The translations under genes were made by a program, and so were the position numbers. DNA of 63,902 nt, filler included. It is 5 parts of 5 records of this genome, joined end to end, with 100 filler letters (N's around TTAATTAATTAA, not from the genome) between each part and the next. Parts side by side here need not be neighbours in the genome. Positions count along the whole stretch, not along the records: positions 1 to 18,666 come from SRR20825019_1368; 4 more parts are not named here. One strand, 5' to 3'. How positions within the stretch are numbered: the first letter of the stretch is position 1; every line of letters starts with the position of its first letter. The notes under the pieces were generated by a model. It had not been told where the DNA came from, did not search any database, and saw nothing but the letters and a program-made list of their open reading frames with translations. Below, piece after piece: positions 1-9,330 of this stretch.

Positions 1-361
1 GGCTATTGCTGTTGGTGGTATGCAAGGACAATTTGAACTTAACGTTTTTAAACCTGTAATGGCATCTAATTTATTAGAAAGTGCTCAATTATTAGGAGAT
101 GCATCTGTTTCTTTTGAAGAGCACTGTGCAAGCGGCATAGAGCCAAACCAAGCACGTATAGATGAATTGCTTAAAAACTCATTAATGCTTGTTACAGCTT
201 TAAATACTAAAATTGGTTATTATAAAGCTGCAGAAATAGCAAATACTGCTCATAAAAACGGAACAACCTTGAAGGAGGAAGCCGTTAATTTAGGATATGT
301 AACCGCAGAAGAATTTGATGAATGGGTTAAGCCAGAAGATATGGTTGGTTCTAAAAAGTAG
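1..361 (+). CDS. fumC: Class II fumarate hydratase, C-terminal part (5' end outside window)
   Basis: [12 protein letters not shown]...[21 protein letters not shown]...[12 protein letters not shown] is the typical FumC C-terminus. Confidence 0.95.
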   Translation, partial: AIAVGGMQGQFELNVFKPVMASNLLESAQLLGDASVSFEEHCASGIEPNQARIDELLKNSLMLVTALNTKIGYYKAAEIANTAHKNGTTLKEEAVNLGYVTAEEFDEWVKPEDMVGSKK

Positions 362-413
362 TTATTTCTTTTATAGAAAATTCAGAACATTTAGATTCTC
401 TTAAAAGCAATCT

Positions 414-450
414 AACATCAAACGCCTCTTTATGAGGCGTTTTGATGTTT
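414..450 (+). terminator. Intrinsic terminator after fumC
   Basis: Inverted repeat aacatcaaacgcctc-tttat-gaggcgttttgatgtt. Confidence 0.75.
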
Positions 451-534
451 ATAGAAATTAATTTATTACAAATCCCAAGTACCTTAACCTGTATATCTAG
501 TACTAAAATGATTGAGATACTTATATACTATCTT

Positions 535-612
535 TATTGGTTTTAAAACACTTAAATATGACTTATAGGCTTAAATACCAATAAATGTATTTTATTGGTT
601 TATGTACCGATA
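535..612. promoter_or_regulatory. Three tandem operator-like 20-bp boxes (TATwGGy-N6-ACCrATA), 29-bp period
   Basis: tattggttttaaaacactta at 535, tataggcttaaataccaata at 564, tattggtttatgtaccgata at 593; the first box has a degenerate right half. Confidence 0.6.
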
Positions 613-619
613 TATTTAA

Positions 620-627
620 TATATTTG
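620..627 (+). promoter_or_regulatory. Bacteroidetes -7 promoter element (TAnnTTTG) for the SatD-like gene
   Basis: TATATTTG ends 6 nt before ATG at 634. Confidence 0.65.
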
Positions 628-633
628 TAAGTG

Positions 634-1326
634 ATGATAAAAACAATTGTAATTTCTGGGGATATTATATCCTCTACAAGTTTAACAGTAGATGATCGCA
701 AGTTGTTAGAACAGCAGCTTAAAACTCTTATAGATCAACTTGAAACTAAATATAACACGTATTCAAGAATTATAAAAGGTGATTACTTAGAGTGTGTAGT
801 GTCTAAACCACAAGATGCTTTAAAAGTAGCTTTACTTATTAAATGCTTTGTGAAAGCAATTTCTATTAGTAATGACGCAAGTTATAAAAACAACCATCGT
901 ATAAAGTTTTTTAAATCACACGGTATTCGTTTAGCCTTAGGTTATGGGGAATTAGATCGATTTGACAAAACTGCTGGTGTTATAGATGGTGATGCCATTT
1001 ACCGTTCTGGTCGAATGATTAGTGAAAATTCAACACACGGTAAACAGAGAATTGTTATAAAGAATACCTTATTTTTTAGTAGTGATAATACTATGCTAAA
1101 TGAGCAAATGGATGCTTTGCTTAGCCTATTAGATACGATTATAGGTAACGCTACAGCTAGACAATGTGAGGTTGTTTACCATAAAATATTAGGCTTATCT
1201 GAAGATGAAATCTCAACGCGCTTAGATATAGGGCAACCTACAGTAAATCAACACTCAACCAGTATAGGTTGGAATAGTATTGAAACCACCTTAAATTATT
1301 TTAGTACATTGTTCTCAAATTTATAG
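634..1326 (+). CDS. SatD-family protein: nucleotidyl-cyclase-like N-domain plus C-terminal HTH
   Basis: VISGDIISST, IIKGDYLE, IRLALGYG and DGDAIYRSGR motifs; C-terminal TARQCEVV...LSEDEISTRLDIGQPTVNQH helix-turn-helix. Confidence 0.75.
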   Translation: MIKTIVISGDIISSTSLTVDDRKLLEQQLKTLIDQLETKYNTYSRIIKGDYLECVVSKPQDALKVALLIKCFVKAISISNDASYKNNHRIKFFKSHGIRLALGYGELDRFDKTAGVIDGDAIYRSGRMISENSTHGKQRIVIKNTLFFSSDNTMLNEQMDALLSLLDTIIGNATARQCEVVYHKILGLSEDEISTRLDIGQPTVNQHSTSIGWNSIETTLNYFSTLFSNL

Positions 1327-1327
1327 C

Positions 1328-2044
1328 ATGGACATCAGCCTATTTTTAATCTTGCAATTAATAGCACACCTTCTTACAGACTTTGTATTTCAAAATAACA
1401 GACTTGCTACAGATAAAAACACAAAAGGATTTAAAAGCAGTTTTTTAATCTGGCACGGTTTAATCGCCATACTCCTATCTTGGTTGTTGTCTTTTCAACT
1501 TAACTTTATATTAGGCGCCTTACTAATAGGTGTTTCCCACTATATAATCGATGGTTGCAAACCTTTTTTAAATAACCATAAGAGCTTGGGCAGGTATGCA
1601 TTTTATATAGATCAATTTCTACATATAATACTTTTTATAGCTGTCTCGCTTTCCTTCTTTTCGCTAACAGACTTTAATCCCGTAATAAATGTGATAGCTG
1701 CAAAACAATATATAGTACTAACTGCAGGCTTTTTATTCATATTAAAACCAACAAATATCTTTATTAAGGAAATGCTTTCAACTTTTGAAATTGAAAGCAC
1801 ACCACAATCTCAAGAATTAGAAAAAGCAGGACGTCTTATTGGAATCTTAGAACGTATTTTAGTGGTGATATTTGTCCTAATTGGGCAATTTGGAGCAATA
1901 GGTTTTCTTATCGCTGCAAAATCTATCTTACGTTACAAGGATACAGATTTACTAAAAACAGAATATGTGCTTATTGGCACTATGCTTAGTTTTGGAATAG
2001 CAGTATTAGTAGGATTACTAATACAATTAATTCTTACATTATAA
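1328..2044 (+). CDS. DUF3307 (SatE-like) multi-pass membrane protein
   Basis: AHLLTDF, WHG, SHYIID and DQFLH motifs; GRLIGILER...AAKSILRY...EYVLIGT C-terminus; starts 1 nt after the upstream stop. Confidence 0.8.
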   Translation: MDISLFLILQLIAHLLTDFVFQNNRLATDKNTKGFKSSFLIWHGLIAILLSWLLSFQLNFILGALLIGVSHYIIDGCKPFLNNHKSLGRYAFYIDQFLHIILFIAVSLSFFSLTDFNPVINVIAAKQYIVLTAGFLFILKPTNIFIKEMLSTFEIESTPQSQELEKAGRLIGILERILVVIFVLIGQFGAIGFLIAAKSILRYKDTDLLKTEYVLIGTMLSFGIAVLVGLLIQLILTL

Positions 2045-2060
2045 ACTGAAAACTATTTGA

Positions 2061-2942
2061 ATGAATTCTACAAAAAAACTTAGCATAGGCAAAAGATTAG
2101 GTGCAATGTTGCTGGATCATTTTGTAATGACAATAATTGCCATGGTCTTTTTAATACCAGGAATTGCATTAAGTTTTATTGATGCTTTTGAGGTGTCTCA
2201 CGAACCAACATTAGCTAATTTACTTGGAGATTTTAGCTATATAGGATTATTTGGGATAGCCATATATTTATGTAAAGATTGTATTAGAGGAAGAAGTATA
2301 GCAAAAAGAGCATTGAAACTTCAAATTATAAATTATACAAGCGGAAGTATAGCTTCGCCTATACGCTGTGTAGTTAGAAATCTTACAATAGCTATTTGAC
2401 CTATTGAAGTGCTCTTTACATTAATTAATCCAGAAAGAAGACTTGGAGATTATTTAGCAGGTACAGCTGTAATTAATTTTAAAGAAAGTAACACTAGGGA
2501 AAATTTAAATGCACTTCATTTGGGGCTATCTTTTGTAATAGCTTATAGCTTTACTTTACTATTAATGTTACCATTGCAGAGTTTACAAACTAAGATGAAT
2601 AACAATACAGTTTCTGTTAATGAAAGTAGTATAAACAATCAAGACAATGGTGAGCTTGAAAAATTGTTTATTGAAAGTTTAGGTATGTATTTGGAGCCAG
2701 ATGTATTAATTTACGATAGCATTAAAAGTGATGAAGACTTAAAGTATATTTCAGTTATTTTAAACTTGAAAGAAAATTATTTAGAAAATGATAGCGATTA
2801 TGAAATTCTAAAATCTGAAGTTGAGTCTTTATTATTATCTAAATTTCCAAAAGGGACTTTTATCGGTAAAATTAAGTTTGTTTATAAGTCTGAAAGAAAG
2901 ATGGCTACAAGAACATTAAATTTAGACTGGAGAAAAGATTAA
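2061..2942 (+). pseudogene. RDD-family membrane protein interrupted by one in-frame TGA (2397-2399)
   Basis: KRLGAMLLDH, GRSIAKRALKL and RRLGDYLAGTAV motifs are split over two same-frame ORFs; junction reads AI*PIEVL. Confidence 0.75.
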
Positions 2943-2971
2943 CAAATTATTAGCTCACATAGGAAATAAAA

Positions 2972-3553
2972 CTAACCATGTATGGTTTCATTCTTCCCAT
3001 AACTTTTAATTAGCTCACCTTCAAACTCTACAAGTTCTTTCCAACGCTTTTCAACATCTATACCTTCACCATATTGTCTTGCAAAGCCTAAGAAGGTTGT
3101 GTAGTGACCAGCTTCACTAATCATTAACTCTCTATAAAATTTAGATAATTCTTTATCCTTAATACGTTCAGAAAGTAGTTTAAAACGCTCGCAGCTTCTA
3201 GCTTCAATCATTGCAGAAAACAAAAGTCTATCTACCATTGCTTGTTGTCTGCTTCCACCCTTTTGAGTAAACTTAAAAAGTTGATTAACGTAATGGTCTT
3301 TACGTTCTCTGCCTAAAGTATAACCACGTTCTTTTATGATATTATGCACCATCTCAAAGTGCTCTAATTCTTCTTGTGCCAGTTTTATAAGCTCTGTCAC
3401 CAACTCTTCATTCTCACTGTTTAAAGTAATTATTGTAATTGCATTGGTAGCTGCCTTTTGTTCGCACCAAGCGTGGTCTGTAAGTATTTCTTCTAAATTA
3501 CTTTCTACAATTGTTACCCAACGTGGGTCTGTTTCTAATTTAAGATGTAACAT
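2972..3553 (-). CDS. miaE: tRNA-(ms2io6A) hydroxylase
   Basis: DHAWCEQKAA, EELEHF, IEARSCERF and SEAGHY diiron motifs. Confidence 0.9.
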   Translation of the reverse strand: MLHLKLETDPRWVTIVESNLEEILTDHAWCEQKAATNAITIITLNSENEELVTELIKLAQEELEHFEMVHNIIKERGYTLGRERKDHYVNQLFKFTQKGGSRQQAMVDRLLFSAMIEARSCERFKLLSERIKDKELSKFYRELMISEAGHYTTFLGFARQYGEGIDVEKRWKELVEFEGELIKSYGKNETIHG

Positions 3554-3676
3554 ATTGTTTTAGATATTTAGAATTTAATTTTAAGCAGAAAGTTAAATAA
3601 GATGTACTATAAAATAACAATAGTTATTAAGCATCTATTTTCTGATGCCTAAACACTCTCCTATTTCTACTTTAAA

Positions 3677-6600
3677 CTATTTATTATAATCTCCTTTATA
3701 ATAGTGCTTTTTGTATTTCCAATAAGACAAAGCTCCTAAAATTACAACCACTGCAATTGAGTAGTAGATAAAATCTGGAGTTATTACTTTATCTCCACTT
3801 GCATAACTATGCAATCCAGAAAGGTAAAAGTTAACTCCAAAATACGTCATCATGATACTTGCAAACGCAACGATAGACATAAAGTTGAAAAACCAGCGAC
3901 CTCTTAAACCAGGTACTAATCGCATATGTATCACAAATGCATATACCATAATACTAATTAGTGCCCAAGTTTCTTTAGGGTCCCAACCCCAATAACGTCC
4001 CCAACTTTCATTGGCCCATTGCCCACCTAAGAAATTACCTATGGTAAGCATTACTAAACCAACTGTAAGTGCCATCTCTGTAATAATGGTTATCTCACGT
4101 ATGTTAAGTTTCATTTTAGCTTTGTTATTCGAATTGGTAAAAATCATTAACAATAGTGAAACAACACCTAATATCATACCCAATGTAAATGGTCCATAAC
4201 TACCAACAATTACAGCAACGTGAATCATTAACCAATAACTATCTAATACAGGTACAAGGTTAGCTATTGCAGGATCCATCCAATTCCAATGAGCAATCAT
4301 TAATATCATTGAAGCTACAAATGCTGTAGACGCCAAAGTTAAATCACTTTTACGACCAAAAGCCAAGCCGAAGAACATAGTAGCCCAAGCCACATATATC
4401 ATACTCTCATAAGCATCACTCCAAGGTGCGTGACCAGAAATATACCAACGTGCTATTAAGCCGGCAGTATGTATTATAAATAGTAGGATAATGGCAATTT
4501 TACCAATTAAAACCAAGCTTTTAATAAACTTGTTATTATAAAATATTTTAAGAATTACAAACAGTAGAGTTATTAGACCTGCAAGCATAAACATCCAAAA
4601 TAAATTCCTGAAGACATCGTACTTATTATAAAGTATTTCTGTTTTAACCTTTTGGTCTGAAGGCATAATTTCTGCACCATGATTGCTTTGAAACTTTTTA
4701 ATTGTTTCTAAGACCTCAGTTGCTTGAGCATAACCTTGTGTTTGTTTAGCTTGTCTTAATGTTGTTAAGTAAATTGGTAGTGCATTATAGGCAAATACCG
4801 AGTCTCGTCCCGTAAAGCTATGTTCCTTTAACTCTGGATAGCTTACCCATTTGTTGTTTTCTGCACCAGGAACTGGAAATATTTTTAATAAATCTCCTTC
4901 TAAAGCACTGTAAAGCAAGTTTACCTTTTGATCTGTTTTTATAAAATCTTTTTGAAATGATGTAGGATTTTGAGCTTGATAGGCATCTTCTAAATAAGGT
5001 GCCAGTCTATATGTTCCTGTTGCATCAAAGAATTTTGCTAATGGTAGTAATTTAGCATCTTCATCTACACCTGTAATATGCCGAATTGAATCGTTTTTAC
5101 GTTCTACATGTATTAATGGAATATTATACCAAACTGTAGGGTTCTCTAACATACTTATAAGAACCTGATCACTAGTAAGACCATTGTACGAGTCTGCCTT
5201 ACTTAACTTTCTTAAAAGCTCTGATGAATACGTGTTTGCTGGTTTCATACGACCGCCAGCATCTTGTATAATCATCTTTCCAAACTCTTCTGCGTGTTCT
5301 TTGCTTACTGCATTGGCTACAATTAGAGAGTCTAATCGTTCTTGATCTATTTCTTGTACATCTTCGTGTACGTGATTAGGGTCACTATGGTCATGACCAT
5401 CATCTGTAGTTTGTGCAAAGCCTAAAGCTGTACTTAGCACAAGTAAAATTGTTAAAGCTTGTTTTTTAGCTTTTACTTTATCCAACATTTTCTTTAGTTG
5501 GCCAAAACGAGAACCTTTATCAAATAAAATTAGCATAAGTCCTAAGTATAATAAGAAGTACCCGATATACGTAATCCACGTACCCCAGAAATCGTGATTA
5601 ACAGATAAGATTGTTCCTTTTTCATCGGCATCAAAAGAAGCTTGGAAGAAGCGATAGCCATCTTTATCTAATACGTGATTCATATAGATTTCATAAGGAA
5701 CGCTTTCACCATCGTCAACAATGTCTACCTTACTTTTAAAAGATTGGTAACTTGGTGTGGGATTGTTTTCTGTTCCTGGATATTTTTTAGCCTCAAAATC
5801 TTTTAGCATTAAAGCAAATGGAAGTTCATATTCCTTACTACCATAGCTTAGGTAAATATCATAGCCTCCAACTTCTAATTTCTTAGGGTCTGGCATACGT
5901 CCTTTACTCCCTAATAATTGAATATTCTTTGTGTCTCCATTAGCTTTTACCTCTAATGTTACAGCATCTGCCTGCCCTTTAGATTTTTGCTCAGTTTCAA
6001 CAATGCCTTCTTCTCCTTTTACAACTGGGTCTGGAAATACAAACTGCATACCAGCAACATTATAAAGCGAACGCAGGTTTAATTTCTGAACAGAATCTTT
6101 TAAAACTTCGCCTTTAAATTGATCTGCCATTCTCATAAAATCACCTTCAAAAGGGGTTTTTATAAGGTAATCACTACCATCTTCTGGTACTGTAATATTT
6201 ATTGCGCCATCTGTTGGTTTGTTATAAGCAAAAAGAACATTATGAATACTTACAACTTCGCCTTCCTTAATAAAGTGATCGTGACGGTTACCGCCACCAG
6301 CTTCTACAATTTTTATATAATTACTTCCATCTTCTGTTTCTCTAAAACCTTCTTCTGCACCATGAATGTAATTAACTACCTTAAAAGAAATAGGATCGCC
6401 CTTAAAATCTGTGTTTATTGTAATATCATTATTTCCTTTAGGTGCTAGTAATAGCTCTTCACTTTTACGTCTTCGCAATGCTTCGCCATCTACCTCACCA
6501 TCAATCATAAAAGTTAAAAAGGTTTTTTCAGACATAAATTTATTTGTGGCTTGTCCTTCTCTAATAGGCATAATACCTTCAAAACCTATATAACGTGTAA

Positions 6601-6883
6601 TTCCTGCTCCAACTATAATAAGTACAAAAGACATATGTAATAATAGAGTAGACCACTTTTCTCTCTTGTGAAGGTTATATCTAAAAATGTTACCGAAGAA
6701 ATTTATGGCAAATAACACCATGATAACCTCAAACCAATGTGCATTATAAATGTATTGCCTTGCGGTCTCTGTACTGTAATAACTTTCAACAAAAGTACCT
6801 ACACCCATTGCTACCGCAAAAACGATAAAAAGTAAGGCCATTAAACGTGTTGAAAAAAGGATGCTCAATAATTTATTTTGCAT
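3677..6883 (-). CDS. ccsA: Cytochrome c biogenesis protein, fused CcsBA (system II)
   Basis: WANESWGRYWGWDPKETW (WWD domain), GLHSYA, N-terminal ResB-like region. Confidence 0.92.
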   Translation of the reverse strand: MQNKLLSILFSTRLMALLFIVFAVAMGVGTFVESYYSTETARQYIYNAHWFEVIMVLFAINFFGNIFRYNLHKREKWSTLLLHMSFVLIIVGAGITRYIGFEGIMPIREGQATNKFMSEKTFLTFMIDGEVDGEALRRRKSEELLLAPKGNNDITINTDFKGDPISFKVVNYIHGAEEGFRETEDGSNYIKIVEAGGGNRHDHFIKEGEVVSIHNVLFAYNKPTDGAINITVPEDGSDYLIKTPFEGDFMRMADQFKGEVLKDSVQKLNLRSLYNVAGMQFVFPDPVVKGEEGIVETEQKSKGQADAVTLEVKANGDTKNIQLLGSKGRMPDPKKLEVGGYDIYLSYGSKEYELPFALMLKDFEAKKYPGTENNPTPSYQSFKSKVDIVDDGESVPYEIYMNHVLDKDGYRFFQASFDADEKGTILSVNHDFWGTWITYIGYFLLYLGLMLILFDKGSRFGQLKKMLDKVKAKKQALTILLVLSTALGFAQTTDDGHDHSDPNHVHEDVQEIDQERLDSLIVANAVSKEHAEEFGKMIIQDAGGRMKPANTYSSELLRKLSKADSYNGLTSDQVLISMLENPTVWYNIPLIHVERKNDSIRHITGVDEDAKLLPLAKFFDATGTYRLAPYLEDAYQAQNPTSFQKDFIKTDQKVNLLYSALEGDLLKIFPVPGAENNKWVSYPELKEHSFTGRDSVFAYNALPIYLTTLRQAKQTQGYAQATEVLETIKKFQSNHGAEIMPSDQKVKTEILYNKYDVFRNLFWMFMLAGLITLLFVILKIFYNNKFIKSLVLIGKIAIILLFIIHTAGLIARWYISGHAPWSDAYESMIYVAWATMFFGLAFGRKSDLTLASTAFVASMILMIAHWNWMDPAIANLVPVLDSYWLMIHVAVIVGSYGPFTLGMILGVVSLLLMIFTNSNNKAKMKLNIREITIITEMALTVGLVMLTIGNFLGGQWANESWGRYWGWDPKETWALISIMVYAFVIHMRLVPGLRGRWFFNFMSIVAFASIMMTYFGVNFYLSGLHSYASGDKVITPDFIYYSIAVVVILGALSYWKYKKHYYKGDYNK

Positions 6884-6909
6884 AGCGGAGAAGTTCTTTA
6901 AAATCCGTG

Positions 6910-6917
6910 CAAATTTA
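6910..6917 (-). promoter_or_regulatory. Bacteroidetes -7 promoter element for ccsA
   Basis: Minus strand reads TAAATTTG about 27 nt upstream of the start. Confidence 0.55.
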
Positions 6918-6996
6918 AGGCATTTCTGTCGTAATTTTAATAATATTGAAGTCTAATTAGATAGTCTTAACGTTTGCTGTACCAATACTTTTTATT

Positions 6997-7770
6997 TTGA
7001 AGAATTCTAAACTTTCTGTAGTTATCTTAGGTGCTGGTAATGTGGCATTTCATCTCTATAAAAGTTTGCGCTCTTTAGAGACTATAACATTGCAACAAAT
7101 TTATAATAGGTCTAAAGATAACTTAGAGGTATTTAAATATGTTGAAACCACCACACTTATAGAAGACATTAAAGAAGCAGACTTATATATTATAGCTGTA
7201 AATGATGATGTTATAGGCAACCTAGCCCAAAAACTAAATACCAAAAAAGGTATAGTTGTACATACTTCTGGTGCAAAACCATTAGTTGAAGTTGCTATGC
7301 ACACTAATTATGGTGTGTTTTATCCTTTACAAAGTTTTTCCAAAGATTTAGAGGTTAATTTTCAAGAAGTTCCAATTTGTATAGAGGCAAATTCAAAAAA
7401 AAGCTTAGAGCAATTAAACCTTTTTGCAAATGCGTTGTCTAATAAAGTATATCATATAGACTCTAAACAACGTAAATCACTACATTTGAGTGCAGTATTT
7501 GTAAACAACTTTAGTAATTATATGTTTACAGTTGCTCAAGATTTGTGTGATACCAATAATGTTCCTTTTGAAATCCTGCACCCATTAATTACCGAAACTG
7601 CTCTAAAAGCAACATTGCAGTCTCCAAAAAATGTACAGACAGGACCTGCTAAACGAGGAGATAAAGAAACCATACAATCTCATCTAGAACAGCTAAAGGA
7701 CACTAAGCATAAAGACGTATACAAACAATTAACTCTACATATACTAACCTACTATGGAAACAAGCTATAA
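6997..7770 (+). CDS. Rossmann-like / DUF2520 oxidoreductase
   Basis: ILGAGNVA, VHTSGA, FYPLQSFS, LHLSAVFVNNF and QTGPAKRGD motifs. Confidence 0.85.
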   Translation: MKNSKLSVVILGAGNVAFHLYKSLRSLETITLQQIYNRSKDNLEVFKYVETTTLIEDIKEADLYIIAVNDDVIGNLAQKLNTKKGIVVHTSGAKPLVEVAMHTNYGVFYPLQSFSKDLEVNFQEVPICIEANSKKSLEQLNLFANALSNKVYHIDSKQRKSLHLSAVFVNNFSNYMFTVAQDLCDTNNVPFEILHPLITETALKATLQSPKNVQTGPAKRGDKETIQSHLEQLKDTKHKDVYKQLTLHILTYYGNKL

Positions 7771-8269
7771 AGAGCTTTTAAACAACATAACTACATTTAT
7801 TTTTGATGTAGATGGTGTGCTCACAAAAAACTCACTACTCATTAGCTCTCAAGGAGAGTTACTAAGACAAGTTCATGCTAAAGACAGTTATGCCATTGAG
7901 CGTGCTATTGGTGAAGGTTATAAAGTTTGTTTTATGTCTCACGGTGATATTAGAGGTTTACGCATGCAACTTAAACTTATTAATGTTTCTGATGTGTTTT
8001 TAAAAGTTACCGATAAAGCTGAGCAATTAGATATTATCCTAGAAAAAGACAATATAAAGAGAGAACAGGTACTTTATATGGGAGATGATATACCAGACAG
8101 TTACCCAATGCATATGGTTGGGTTACCATGCTGCCCTCAAGATGCTGTGCCAGAAATTAAGGCCATTTCTAAATATGTGTCTCATCAATATGGTGGAAAA
8201 GGATGTGTAAGAGATGTAATTGAACAGGTAATGAAGGTTCAAGGTAAATGGCTAAACAACTTTAGCTAA
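7754..8269 (+). CDS. kdsC: KDO-8-phosphate phosphatase (HAD family)
   Basis: FDVDGVLT, YMGDDIPD and GGKGCVRDVIE motifs. Confidence 0.8.
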   Translation: METSYKELLNNITTFIFDVDGVLTKNSLLISSQGELLRQVHAKDSYAIERAIGEGYKVCFMSHGDIRGLRMQLKLINVSDVFLKVTDKAEQLDIILEKDNIKREQVLYMGDDIPDSYPMHMVGLPCCPQDAVPEIKAISKYVSHQYGGKGCVRDVIEQVMKVQGKWLNNFS

Positions 8270-8307
8270 ACTTTCTTAATTTAGGGCTCTGTAATTATAA
8301 ACCATTT

Positions 8308-9330
8308 ATGGAAGACCAAAACTTACCGCCAGATTCTCAAGAACAAACTGCCCAAGATAACCTAGAGTTTAATTCAAGAATTCCTCTACAAGAACTACAA
8401 CTAGCAATTGAAGCTTTAAAAGCACAATTGTCTAAAGTTATTGTAGGTCAAGATGATTTTGTTGAATTACTTATTGTTGGATTACTATCTGACGGTCATG
8501 TGTTAATTGAAGGTGTACCTGGTATTGCTAAGACACTTACTGCAAAATTATTTGCTAAGACGTTAAAAACAGAGTTTAGCCGTATACAGTTTACACCAGA
8601 TTTAATGCCTAGTGATGTTTTAGGAACCTCGGTTTTAAATATGAAAACTTCTGACTTTGAATTTAAACAAGGTCCTATATTTTCTAATATTGTACTAATA
8701 GATGAAATAAATAGAGCGCCTGCCAAAACTCAAGCTGCATTGTTCGAGGTTATGGAAGAACACCAAATTACTATTGATGGCAATACCTATGAAATGAAAC
8801 CACCATTTATGGTTTTAGCAACCCAAAACCCTATTGAGCAAGAAGGTACATACGCATTGCCAGAAGCACAATTAGATAGGTTTTTATTTAAAATTACAGT
8901 TGACTACCCTAACCTAGATGATGAAATTACCATCTTAAAGACTCACCACAACAGGAAAGCTGTACACGCAATTTCAGAAATAAATACAGTTTTAAGTCCA
9001 GAGCAATTAATAACCTACAAAGGCCACATTCAAAATATTATAATAGAGGAAAAGATATTTTCTTACATAGCAACTATAGTATCTAAAACAAGAAATCATC
9101 CTCATTTATATTTAGGCGCTTCACCAAGAGCCTCTTTAGCTATAATGACAGCTTCTAAAGCGTTTGCTGCAATACAAGGAAGGGATTTTGTAACACCTGA
9201 TGATGTGAAGAAATCTTTATTTCCAGTCTTAAGACACCGTATTATACTTTCTCCAGAACGAGAGATGGAAGGTATGACAACAGAACAAGTTGTTACCATG
9301 ATTTCACAATCTGTAGAAATTCCTCGATAA
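8308..9330 (+). CDS. MoxR-family AAA+ ATPase
   Basis: EGVPGIAKT, RIQFTPDLMPSD, DEINRAPAKTQAAL and LPEAQLDRF motifs. Confidence 0.92.
   Translation: MEDQNLPPDSQEQTAQDNLEFNSRIPLQELQLAIEALKAQLSKVIVGQDDFVELLIVGLLSDGHVLIEGVPGIAKTLTAKLFAKTLKTEFSRIQFTPDLMPSDVLGTSVLNMKTSDFEFKQGPIFSNIVLIDEINRAPAKTQAALFEVMEEHQITIDGNTYEMKPPFMVLATQNPIEQEGTYALPEAQLDRFLFKITVDYPNLDDEITILKTHHNRKAVHAISEINTVLSPEQLITYKGHIQNIIIEEKIFSYIATIVSKTRNHPHLYLGASPRASLAIMTASKAFAAIQGRDFVTPDDVKKSLFPVLRHRIILSPEREMEGMTTEQVVTMISQSVEIPR

Noticed and set aside
535-612. Mini CRISPR array
   Set aside because: The 29-bp period leaves only 9-bp spacers, the repeats are degenerate, there are no cas genes, and a promoter position fits operators better
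2397-2399. Selenocysteine or genetic-code reassignment of TGA
   Set aside because: Context predicts Trp rather than Cys, no SECIS-like hairpin is evident, and other genes in the contig use TGG for Trp with no internal TGA
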